From the NCBI GenBank assembly GCA_900128585.1, contig LT642158.1, positions 1 through 52,944 on the forward strand: a DNA stretch of 52,944 nt. The letters run 5' to 3'. Positions within the stretch are counted from its first letter, which is position 1; the number at the start of each line of letters is the position of its first letter. This stretch comes from Stramenopiles sp. TOSAG23-3. Lineage: Eukaryota. The position numbers and the translations under genes are program-made. Under the pieces are notes generated by a model. The model made no database searches. It was not told where the DNA came from and worked only from the letters and a program-made list of their open reading frames with translations. Positions 12,201-19,425 of the stretch are shown here, piece after piece.

Positions 12201-13056
12201 TGTTACAAAGTGTAGGCTGACGCCGAGTGCAACGGAGATTGCGTTCTACGCTATATTCAATGATGTAGAAGGGGGGGTTTACCTGAAGGAAGAAACATCT
12301 GCCACGACGTCAGGGTTTACACCTTCCGTACATGTAAAAACGGGGATACCATACAAAAGGTCAATCACAATAGGAGACAAGGTAGTATACCACGTATGGC
12401 GCGAGGTGCCAGAAGTAAGCATATGGGAAACGTATAAAGTTGACCTTGAATTAGTGAATTGTCCTGGTGGTGTATTGGAGTACTACAACAACGGCGTGTG
12501 CGCTGCGAAAACTTTGTGCACCCCAGGTCAATTTGTTGTGAGCGATGGAGACGTCATCACTGATCGAGAATGCAGACCATGCCCTGTTGGGTCTTTCTCA
12601 AATATAAACAACGCGGTGGCATGCGTAGCGCACTATAGGTGCACTCAATTCGGAGTGTACAAGGCCGTTGAAGGAACACCGACTACGGATTCAATTTGTG
12701 GATCCATCAAAAATTGTACGGCGGGAACCTTTGTCACCATGTACCCAAAGTATGATAACAACGAGGCCATTTCAAACATGGTGTGCTCAGCGTGTGAACC
12801 AGGAAAATTTTCTAATGAAATTAACTCGGTGGAGTGCATCTCCTATACCGACTGCTTGCCACCCTTTTACATTATATCCGAAGGAACAAACAAAGCGAAT
12901 ACGGTTTGCGAAAAATGTGCGCTAGGGACATTTACGAGGAAGAAGAACCAGAAAACATGCACTCCTTACGTGCTTGTTCCTCTCTATTTTGTCTTCTTTT
13001 TCGTCCCATTCGCGTTGCTCCTTTTCTCAGGGATTCAGCAACTTTTAAAGATTTGA
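3235..13056 (+). CDS. Giant (~3270 aa) secreted/cell-surface protein: signal peptide, two clusters of RCC1/BLIP-II-like repeats, multiple cadherin-like beta-sandwich repeats, C-terminal TNFR/GCC2-GCC3-like Cys-rich repeats, possible C-terminal TM helix
   Basis: Uninterrupted 9.8 kb ORF. First ATG at 3235 gives hydrophobic MLALSLVVSTLFLVAVLVF. Repeats SNMNAFAALTSAGTVHTWG and TNDCAFAARLEDGSVYTWG; FSPEF/YFPSFQPGVETY/YNPHF...YTLNIAR units; CRPCPVGSFS, CSACEPGKFS, CEKCALGTFT. Confidence 0.85.
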   Translation: MLALSLVVSTLFLVAVLVFPSDFTVEAAKGTVLVFKENEVLESEPKYFDDSVTAVANKRHPSNFLLIDSRDSTVHSFAGEFTDGAGPPCHRRLFETVCAEGSFGVEYGQDCVINNQPCRKGMCIGKSQVSVAQHLEGVGTVKKAVSTLDSFAVLSENGLLVSWGGYWLSPGVSSHGFVDVVSNMNAFAALTSAGTVHTWGVSGAGGSKCRSRSLFPHNYNKGPIRSAGEHRSFERNKDSWLESYACFQSDVVNKKATILDNLATNKIVSIHSSGAAFVAVNEVGHIIPWGNADVGGALGTSALSIVSEWINIRKSAGAGTMEIRVYENDYGFLARIGPGSKSAWEALAGEDLPNFVVWGLHSNSDAWDVKRGSAANVKFIYDDVCSTAHSFVTRSEDSYVLFTRQHITRGGQLSSFNISETTSTCVENADVLGVLSTGHELLLLGKFARDSAGPFSTSPVLLQDIKDAKVNSGALIILYNDLRVTTHGQYESGGNSSATPLPQIFGVQRVFADKQNSFALYRNQNKSVEFLGKMNKTIPSSYGCELNGNVETIFEGASTLAVKKTCNIMGMRCTICTDEKRLVNITSIDVKTYDPVNSVNGEEVIFSPEFYPGTLRPGTVGYKTEITESTLHTGLKINLCTGNGDPYDIYVHLPNQASIRATHVANSACREVILQNYTSFTVGVEPSGSGYEFQLTTIKRFAPKANGVICTLLPQNKYDCSAGVNITDHNVTVRYGAGYTKVYAHFPEPGFNVIKGLVDSNGPFDVQYAKPAIREVIFRDRNGQRLSLSSVFDDAQHNYSVLMNGNSTALYVGAISDDGWVSMSVDNAIGEVGVIQHQIGPLNGQTPNAFYLGEQKIEANSDTVCSKIPISSRMYILPNDALPRNAGQFSLPPHAPFAIFNQIDTGLNRPIDVRVPVEKRSQGPAPDKYVLGACKEFVGDIALRAAIAIKLDVASIVTKTNKNAISLNGNLPIKLHGVVDFVQAASTSASLYVDGSVSVFDTNGKVTWPNDKGNAKTPDKSYAIPDDRCGLREDVSSLVTTSGSILGITRAQQVVVAWVSSTCDCRSKFTEAICKTHTGTVLEKFNYGGVFVPGLRIGENPPIRLAMNSVIRAVGNIGKEGCGSVAFVENSGMIKMWGELGTFAPPLVPVKASSVVASDNAFAAISSVGGVGLAWGSAAYGGSVTQDVACNLASGVQDIFAINDTFVAIVELNGVNRIVTWPQRQLSSYFIPPPAALLSGRSPLAAVVDVYTNDCAFAARLEDGSVYTWGYKDCGADSTHLASGLRNVTRIVSNRKAFAALVKLCINPAQFLSFDACIRAGNYFDGPAHVWGNSKFGGNPNDAKKEWLSTGIKIVYADESSFVVIPGTKKINVNAHAKTVSIKHEFDGVNLKKYFFRIIRSSVFDIILSTSKGRMEYFPSFQPGVETYEALMYEESHVSLNVAWKNDMPLEVKVNGSIITAGAAGNISFSSVGTTTVGIKCGDESYTINIFTVYMHKIKTTFESHVVPTNVIHGGSSYDPVSAGNQNAMHLQAPRQYSAPTFYMEATKNSSHIYITTTFSHGIVKILGDSSIQCISGTATAVPIGVGTTTITLTYTPTSGNNAIASPKYILVVQKKAALLGLSFTNGRIDDTLNKFLSVSQGGYNLTLDWQENSINFDVYRSSDIIEARYNNVVVPISNSQQTTTKQSSHVVAVCNRSTIETGVHNFSVGIPLSNESIFVLSRKRTPMTNIAIKDNFGVQAPLDRAFNIYGWNDTTYTATINPSAKYVDISLTGTTGDTFVNGVKYIAQNPYRKAITKEKMSFTINVTALSGCGNTAVFSVVLTRPGPVSCIEVSEYAAEELSEMVLNSALLSVSRSLSAFRYNPHFDATKRTRNVIVNDTISHISVTMVSGAGTWSITSDSHHATMSGHVMTTTTSSDGFVRVHIRNLEVPTRSTKPTVRAIILTHSDTSENYTLNIARVGLNVLQYRNNVSAFQALPFPSSERFDETHGQHGLGATPMMAATQSPIAVAGMYVAYINVPFVTDVRFKDTENPISFFGNISSGVKSIADPNVSYAAYTLFSPTELANNVSFTYNGSLHSSFQALAKQAFPVNAFVPGGWGQSGTMLAADSAPLSNSLCDGEACVYAPGTPYAHRVRVLGMKSMVVTITIEPLPSNFVGALILRLLDKPVSIAINTSSANNYDAADAADSFRTAIKNNRNLNASVFVSGSGKNITLTARFQGVRIVPSTTNSSTFTILTVVDVSATHYVQVKLTNAFYPHELITAKWNGSKTNAEIADVIVDAIRADSNLLAASTVGPASKLCNGDLLGRSNPRTEEIHLQYKDALGKHRPLSLSFTSSKSVFVVDGHRHGVLDPTYYNSPSAALSAELWPGVNPIHVLQKNNFAREATVTLITPLVTQINLKAGISNSNSAQLITDKNVEDTFSFSPSFTGESTGSTVPRTWYMKKLFNANRVGVKISLHQKAIRSPDISIRVRVISNTFSAWETLTEYEVNRTWIQAFLSVSAGDQSDVNTLEIQIQANGKNVSHYVTITQPPIKSLKLTLGGTSRVITYQYNELSTGMISGNTTHVITASCTETLALVEVDRRNTGPAFQGATSALYISGTGGGSAIHAERPNRPGVLLAPTVVVNNANSVSVQLLIGHNQLVITLKIKPQSHGLVPSEKDDAVIRIFLTIKRQACIANFAVRSRVALNRFQPDVLTPVPLSKTINNMSVQTDEHMNTNGIYTIYVPKNTVQFDIVGAPSQGTATVENMTTVTLSTLANNIAPHTVAVNTTRSDLTNGKAWKSFGFAPAKFKFDVDGLRLDILTSLDGSFVSVWIIRNVLHPMNIDVQDSKVCGSANSMFSFSSAAACFNNNAGCRFTANGLEDHRIANIDIDGVTAKTPINLYTNSKFFSLKPSTTAASYPSLYYFDAAVEQTVTKTELVTTTDAKRGQVQARFRLVELGLNWDYNFLLYKSSIMQMFIQDNAGSTPCTVIPGNVWREALNSQQGVTKCRLTPSATEIAFYAIFNDVEGGVYLKEETSATTSGFTPSVHVKTGIPYKRSITIGDKVVYHVWREVPEVSIWETYKVDLELVNCPGGVLEYYNNGVCAAKTLCTPGQFVVSDGDVITDRECRPCPVGSFSNINNAVACVAHYRCTQFGVYKAVEGTPTTDSICGSIKNCTAGTFVTMYPKYDNNEAISNMVCSACEPGKFSNEINSVECISYTDCLPPFYIISEGTNKANTVCEKCALGTFTRKKNQKTCTPYVLVPLYFVFFFVPFALLLFSGIQQLLKI

Positions 13057-13421
13057 AGAAGGCTATGTGCGCCAACGCCCTACACAACGAAAATTTGTAA
13101 AATTAAAAGAAAACTAAAATTTGTTTAATACGTTTCTAATTCTGTAAAGATTCCTTAAAACACACTTTGTAAGCGACAATCAGAGCGTCGTTGTGTTAAA
13201 CTTTTTCCCAAAGCAGAATCAAAGACTAAACCACCCTTTAAAAATGGCGTTTTTAAAGACTACGAAGTAAAATTTTACCGCAAAAGCTCTAATTCATTAT
13301 GCGTAGTGTAAATTACTTGTAAAATTATCTAGGGGTTCTAAACTTGTACAGAAAGTGGAAATTACAAGAGTCCAAACTTGACTCTAGGGGGAGAAAACAG
13401 TCACCTGACGCTATTTTTCCT

Positions 13422-13883
13422 TTAGTCCGCTCTCTCCGTGCCAGCCTTCAACCATTTATGGCCACATTCTTTGCAGATAAAAACCAGAGACATTTCTTGC
13501 CCTTTCTTTTGAGAATGGCTCATGAAGAAGACGGTCTCCTTCTTTCGACATTTCATGCACGCTTCACCGTCGCCGCTCGTGGACATTAACGTGGGATCAT
13601 GGATAAGGTCGTTACTAAAAACTGCTAAACTTGCACTGGTGTCCTTCAAAATCACATTGGCATATACAACTTGGCTCTCAACTTCGCGTTGTTCTTCATT
13701 AGCTATCCTGTCGCATTTCGAACAGTAATTGACTAGATAACTTTCATTGCTCGCCGGCTTATCAGCGTCGTCCGCTTCAGTCCGTTCTGTCTTTTTATAC
13801 ACTCCCCTCGGCTTGAGCATAAATCCACACTCATTACAGAATTTTAGCGGGTTTGGCTTCAGCTGGTCAGCGGAGGCAGACAT
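13422..13883 (-). CDS. RPB9: RNA polymerase II subunit RPB9
   Basis: N-terminal Zn ribbon FCNECGFML...YCSKC, linker DLIHDPTL, C-terminal ribbon CMKC..ETVFF..MSLVFICKECGHKW. Lacks the RSADE hairpin of RPA12/RPC11/TFIIS. Confidence 0.9.
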   Translation of the reverse strand: MSASADQLKPNPLKFCNECGFMLKPRGVYKKTERTEADDADKPASNESYLVNYCSKCDRIANEEQREVESQVVYANVILKDTSASLAVFSNDLIHDPTLMSTSGDGEACMKCRKKETVFFMSHSQKKGQEMSLVFICKECGHKWLKAGTERAD

Positions 13884-14814
13884 CCTGGACGGTTGTAGCG
13901 GTTTGCAAAATCTAAAAAATTGATGTCTTGCTCAAAAGGACCAATTGCTTCCGTACGTTCCAATTTCCCAACAGTTATGCTCTTTTTTCGATTGTATAGT
14001 CCCATTTGGTATCCATTTATATATCAAAATATGCTTTCTCTTGTTGGGATTTCCTTTGTCGATTCCATTTTAATAGTTTTATTATTATTATTTTTTTTTT
14101 TTCTTCCGTCCTTCTTCTACTACTTCTCTTCTTCTTCATTGTCTTCTTCTTGTTCCTTGTTGTTCTTTTTTTTTTCTTTTTTTCTTCTTCTCTTATTCTT
14201 TTTTCTTGGATGGTCATTGTTATTGTCGTTTGGTGTTTTGTTGTTGATATTAATGAATGGTTTTACTTGCTATTTCTATATTTACTTCTTCATCATTGCT
14301 CTCATCTATTTCCTCAATACTGTGTTATTGTTATAAATATCCAGTTTAAATGAATTAATTAATGGTCGGCGGAGAGGAAATAACACAGAATTAGTATTTA
14401 AACTAATCTACTATGGACGAATGGATTCTTCTTCGAAAGAGAGATAATACCTTACATTAATATAATCCTTATTATTAAGGTTTTTATTTTATATTATGGA
14501 GGATGGTGTTTTTGGTAAAACCACCGTTTTTTTTATTTTTCTTCTTCTTCTTCTATTATTATTATTATTATCTTCATTCTTTTTTCTTTTTGAATTCAAT
14601 CAAAATATTATTATAAGAATTATATTCGTAGAACCCAAAAGTATGCACAAGTACAAACGTTGGTTTTCTTTACCGTACAACGATTCGCATTTATTACATA
14701 TTGACAGCTCCGCCGTAACAAGAAAAAGCGACATAGTTTTCGATATTTACAAGCACGATCATCGCCCCTGTGACGTGGTGGAAGATAGTGTATGGCCGCC
14801 GTGCTCCCGACTGC

Positions 14815-17736
14815 ATGAAGCCCGTTCCGTCAAGGCCTCCGAAAGGCAACAAACACGGGCCTTCTATACTGAGTGAACGGCGGCGAGTGTATGAGAACGG
14901 TAAGCAGCTGATAAATGCGAGCACAGCGGGAAATGTTTCGTCTTGTGTGGACCCCGCGAAAAAAGAAAATACTGAAGTCGTCCCGGACCTAAAAGAGCTT
15001 CTTGACGGGTTGCTATATCTGAAACGGAAAAAGTATCCAAAACAAAACGCTATGAAAAAAAAGTTAGACCTCGTTGAGTATTCATTTAGCTGCTTGGGGA
15101 CCCTGAAAGAGATCTTGCCCGTCCCGTACCCTTCGTTATTTGCTCACGTGGAGCGGGCCTTGACCCAGAGCGTATACCACCAGATATCAAACATACCGTA
15201 TTTTGCTCTTTTGCCAGAGTTTGAGCAAAAAGAAGAAACTCTCCTTGCGAGCGACAAGGAGTGGGGCCAACGGTATAAAGAGGCTAGCCTGCGGTACAAA
15301 AATCTGCTTGAAACGTATGAATCCGACAAAACCGAAGCGGCGCGATTGGGCAAAGCCTTGAAAGAAGCAAAGAGAGAGGAAGCAGATATGCAGCTTCATT
15401 TACAAGGGTTAAAGGACACTCAAGAAGACGCCCTGAAGCATTTAGACCATCTCCAGGAGCGTGTTCGGAAGGCTTTGCGCGAGCGGGATAGACAAAACAT
15501 AACCCTCTTTGATGCCAGAAAAGCTCACAAAGCTGTCGTTAAAGAGCTAAAGGTAGCCCGTGATACCCTGGCGGCGACCGGGGCAGAGTCGAAGGAAACA
15601 ATGGTGTCTGCAGAAGTAGTAGAAGAAGTAGAAGATGACATCGGGGACATGAATGAGAAGATTGCAACCTGGACCTCCAAGTTAGCAAGCTTGAAGGACC
15701 GCCATCAAATTTCAAAAGAAAAATATAGGAACCTAATCGTCGAAGAGGAGCGCTTGCAAAACGAAACTGCGGTAATGATGGAGCAGCATGCTATTTTTCG
15801 GCGATCTTTCACGCCGCGGCCAGATTGGGACCGCCTTGTTGAAGAGACACCAGAGTTGGCCCAAGCTCTACGAATGGAAAAATTTGTTGACCTAATGCTT
15901 CACATCAAAGATCCTCAGGACTTAACGCACCACCGCTACTACGAAAGTGACAGCGACAGCTCTGAATACGATTCCGAGGACCCAATTGAAAGTCGCTACT
16001 TGGACGGCAACGAAGGTGACGAAGGGTTGAACACAGAGGTGTCCAAACTAACATCGCTGCTTGCTCGCCGGCAACGGGCCCGAGAAAAAGCATCAAAGCG
16101 AGCACGGCAATTTCACAAGGTCGCCGATTTGAGAGAGCGAAAAACTCACCAAGCTCATCATATTCATCACCTGCACAAAGAGCATCGCCTCCGACACATT
16201 GAATCTAGGCGGAAGGCTAGAATAAACAAACGATTAACGAACGCGAAGCTGCAATCACAGCAGCAAACGCACGATATTGCATTGGAGGGGCTAAACAATA
16301 GTAGTGAAATACACACCACAAAGTATCTTGCAAAAGTCCTGTGCGATGTTGCTGAAGTAACACGCGTTGGCATTGGTGTTACTCGAGACATGGAAGGAAT
16401 GTCCCGTGACCTAGGTCTTGGCACCTTGCGAGAAATGAAAGACCTGGCCAAGAAGCAGCTCGACGATGTGCAAGCTAGTTACAGAGAAGCAAAATTGCAC
16501 CGTGATAAAGATAGGCTGAAGTCCCATCGAACTGGAACACATGGGGGAGGCGTGCCTATGTACTCTTACCCTCCGTTGGGAATGGATAAAGACGTTCCGG
16601 CGTACTTGCGAACGCTGGTGCCTGTCATGCGAAAAACGTTTGGGAAGGCGAAACTAGAAAAGTTGATCGAACTTGTTTGGGACGAACGTGTTGCGATGCG
16701 CCTGCGTATGGAAGGGAAGCTGGCGACGCCTGTGAACGGCGAAGAGTACGAAGGGCCGGTTCGCCACTATTATGCGCATTATGGTCGTATGCAACCATTG
16801 CCAGAGTCTATGCTGCCTCCAGATGCCACCTTTGCTGACTTTCTTGCTTGGCATCTTGTGGGCGACTATGGCCGTGTGAAGATGGCGGAATATGGGTTCA
16901 ACATACTTGCCGCTTGTGAGGAACACATCGACGATGCTGATGTGGAGTTGTTTTATTTATGTTTGACTGGTGCAATGCCTGAGTTTGTATACGACGATTC
17001 CGTGAACATGATGTCCTTGTTCGCAGAGCTTATGACTAGGATCGATATAGCCAACGCGAAGGCCCATAATTTTGTTGGGGTGACGCTGCATGTTCACGAA
17101 TTGGATTTGAAGCGGAATTTGAGGCTATTTTTTCCACGGAAAACAGAGACCGAGTTGAAACGTCTTGATGGTGCAGTAGACAAAATCTTGAGTCGAGATG
17201 ACGGTTTCATCAACCATTCTGCCATGTTTGCCGAATCGGCACTAGGAACCCAAAACGCATTTATAGAAGAGCTTCGAGACCAACATCTACGGGCAATTCG
17301 AAAGTCAATGATTGATTTAGAAAAAGAGTTGTGCGCGATCGGTAACTCTCGGCACGGTGGCGCACAAGATGCTCTTGTTCGCGACATACGAAATGTTCTT
17401 CTACGCTGCAGCGGATCGTCAGATGTGAAAGTTGACGAGCATGTGAGGAATGGGCTGGGAGTCAAAAGCCAATCCGATGTGCATTGGGATGTTCACGTGC
17501 CAATAAAATCGTTTCTGCAAGGCTTGTACCTGAAAGGGTACAGGCATGAGCTCGGGTATACCGATGACTTTGAAGTGGAACTTGCGGCTATCAAAGTTGG
17601 AAAAGGCAAACCTACCAGTACATTGTTGGAGGAAAAGGCGCAGAAAAAGAATTATTACCAAGCCAAGCGCGATGCCGAAGAAGAAGACATGAAGGAAAAG
17701 GATTCCGTTGAAGACGGAAGCGACGTGAAGGAATGA
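14815..17736 (+). CDS. TSNAXIP1-like (translin-associated factor X-interacting protein 1 family) coiled-coil protein, cilia-associated family; start uncertain
   Basis: Long coiled coil followed by family motifs SFTPRPDW, LGMDKDVPAYLR, GFNILAACEEHIDDADVELFYLCLTG, LRLFFPRK, FIEELRDQ. First in-frame ATG at 14815. Confidence 0.75.
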   Translation: MKPVPSRPPKGNKHGPSILSERRRVYENGKQLINASTAGNVSSCVDPAKKENTEVVPDLKELLDGLLYLKRKKYPKQNAMKKKLDLVEYSFSCLGTLKEILPVPYPSLFAHVERALTQSVYHQISNIPYFALLPEFEQKEETLLASDKEWGQRYKEASLRYKNLLETYESDKTEAARLGKALKEAKREEADMQLHLQGLKDTQEDALKHLDHLQERVRKALRERDRQNITLFDARKAHKAVVKELKVARDTLAATGAESKETMVSAEVVEEVEDDIGDMNEKIATWTSKLASLKDRHQISKEKYRNLIVEEERLQNETAVMMEQHAIFRRSFTPRPDWDRLVEETPELAQALRMEKFVDLMLHIKDPQDLTHHRYYESDSDSSEYDSEDPIESRYLDGNEGDEGLNTEVSKLTSLLARRQRAREKASKRARQFHKVADLRERKTHQAHHIHHLHKEHRLRHIESRRKARINKRLTNAKLQSQQQTHDIALEGLNNSSEIHTTKYLAKVLCDVAEVTRVGIGVTRDMEGMSRDLGLGTLREMKDLAKKQLDDVQASYREAKLHRDKDRLKSHRTGTHGGGVPMYSYPPLGMDKDVPAYLRTLVPVMRKTFGKAKLEKLIELVWDERVAMRLRMEGKLATPVNGEEYEGPVRHYYAHYGRMQPLPESMLPPDATFADFLAWHLVGDYGRVKMAEYGFNILAACEEHIDDADVELFYLCLTGAMPEFVYDDSVNMMSLFAELMTRIDIANAKAHNFVGVTLHVHELDLKRNLRLFFPRKTETELKRLDGAVDKILSRDDGFINHSAMFAESALGTQNAFIEELRDQHLRAIRKSMIDLEKELCAIGNSRHGGAQDALVRDIRNVLLRCSGSSDVKVDEHVRNGLGVKSQSDVHWDVHVPIKSFLQGLYLKGYRHELGYTDDFEVELAAIKVGKGKPTSTLLEEKAQKKNYYQAKRDAEEEDMKEKDSVEDGSDVKE

Positions 17737-17830
17737 AGTGCTCCTTAACGTAAAGTTAAATTATGCCTATTGCGCATTTTGTTTCTGAAGTAAGTTTATT
17801 ATTAAACGTTGCTAAATATACATGTACAAA

Positions 17831-18436
17831 TTACTTCTTCAAGTGGTACTCCTGCAATTTTTCTTCCATACCAGGACCAGATGTAGCCCCCGAAGATGTG
17901 CCAAGGTCAGTCTGAAAGTTACTATTTGTTATGTTGATCCGTTCAGACATTTTTTCTAGAGTACCCTTAAGCATGTCGCCAAATTCTGCACAGAGCTCAT
18001 CGATCCGAGTCTTAAGTTCAACAATCTCCGCTTCTTTCGAAGCTACCGCGCGGTCTTTCTCGCGTTTGAGCTCTTCGTAGGCAACCCTCTGCAGTTCCAG
18101 CTGGTCCTTTAACTCTGTTATTGTGTTCTCAGCAGAATTGATACGTTTGATCAACTCGCCCTGCATGTCTTTGTACTGGCGTGTCATATCGGCAGTGATG
18201 GCATACGTCGACTTCTCTTCCCGGTCAAAATCACGCTTTAGGTCGTCGATTTGTGCCTGCAAGGCCTTTCGCTTTGCGATCGCCTCTAATGCATCTTCTC
18301 TCCTGTCTGCAAGCTGCCGCTTCAGAGCCATGTTCTCCGCCATCAAATACTGCGCTGCCAAGCCGTCGGGTTTAATTTCTCCGTCATCGTCACCGCCTCC
18401 TGCCTTTTTCTTTCCACCCTTCTTCTTTGGAGGCAT
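17831..18436 (-). CDS. DRC12: CCDC153/DRC12-like coiled-coil protein (nexin-dynein regulatory complex family)
   Basis: MPPKKKGGKKK start, ITADMTRQYKDMQ and EFGDMLKGTLEKM motifs, 201-aa coiled coil. Confidence 0.75.
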   Translation of the reverse strand: MPPKKKGGKKKAGGGDDDGEIKPDGLAAQYLMAENMALKRQLADRREDALEAIAKRKALQAQIDDLKRDFDREEKSTYAITADMTRQYKDMQGELIKRINSAENTITELKDQLELQRVAYEELKREKDRAVASKEAEIVELKTRIDELCAEFGDMLKGTLEKMSERINITNSNFQTDLGTSSGATSGPGMEEKLQEYHLKK

Positions 18437-19425
18437 ATTGCTATCTTAAAAGTCTTCTTGTGCTTGTAAATGTACCCGGGTTTGTGTTCAGTCGCTTTTC
18501 TTTTGTTTCTTCCTAGGAGTTCTTTTACTTTTAACTGAACACAATATTTTTTAATGTGAAACTATCAATCTTCAGGCTACAATAACAAATGATAAACGTG
18601 AAACAGAAGAGCACATTATCATTTTTTTTTAATAAATAATGCTGCGCGGCGGGGGGTCGGTGGGGGGGGGGGTAATCATCAACAAAGGAGGCGAAATCAA
18701 GAGTATTATAATCTGTATACTATTTGAACAATAAGTATAATATAACCAAAAGAAAGAAAGTAAAGAAGAAGAAATGGCCAAAAAAAGAAGGAATAATGGC
18801 AAACCGATACAATGCTGTGTAATTATATAATTTACATGAAAATAAAAGGTACGTTGACATTATCTAATGCTATTCTTATGTTGTTTTGTCAATTAATTTA
18901 TTTAATGAAACTGTTGATTCTTTCTTCTTCTGCGAGCTTTTTTTCTTTCTTTATAGGTAATTGCTATAGTTAATAATGCAAAAAAGAATACGAATTAAAA
19001 AAAGAAATGGAACAATGAATTTTCATCCGTTATGCGATTTTGTAGTTTTTACCATTATTACAATACAATAATAGAATACTATCAAAATGCTTCAGGATAG
19101 TGCTGTGTGATGGAAATAGGAGGTTTTGTGTGGTGTGTCGATGATGGGTAGAACACAGAACACAACAGCCGAGGATGATGATATATTATTATTGCATAGT
19201 ACCAAGTAGTAGTAAAAATAATAAAGAAGAGGGGAGTCATGTTGTTTGTTGAAGCAGTTCTTTTTACAAAATCATCAGGAAAGACTGCATGCATGCATTA
19301 ATTGAATGTTTTACAGAATGATTAAAGAAAAATCTCGTATCAGCAACCAATTTTTTACATAAAACGATTGGCATAATCAAGCTATAATAGTTAGGTGTTA
19401 CCACTTGCAGTGAGCTTACAGGACA

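Noticed and set aside
13920..14353. Poly-F/L/S and poly-K/R ORFs in spacers (also 2732-3191, 38246-38515, 49467-49725, 50068-50417, 52533-52781)
   Set aside because: These are translations of CTT/GAA/TAT simple repeats, open in several frames on both strands, with no coding complexity.
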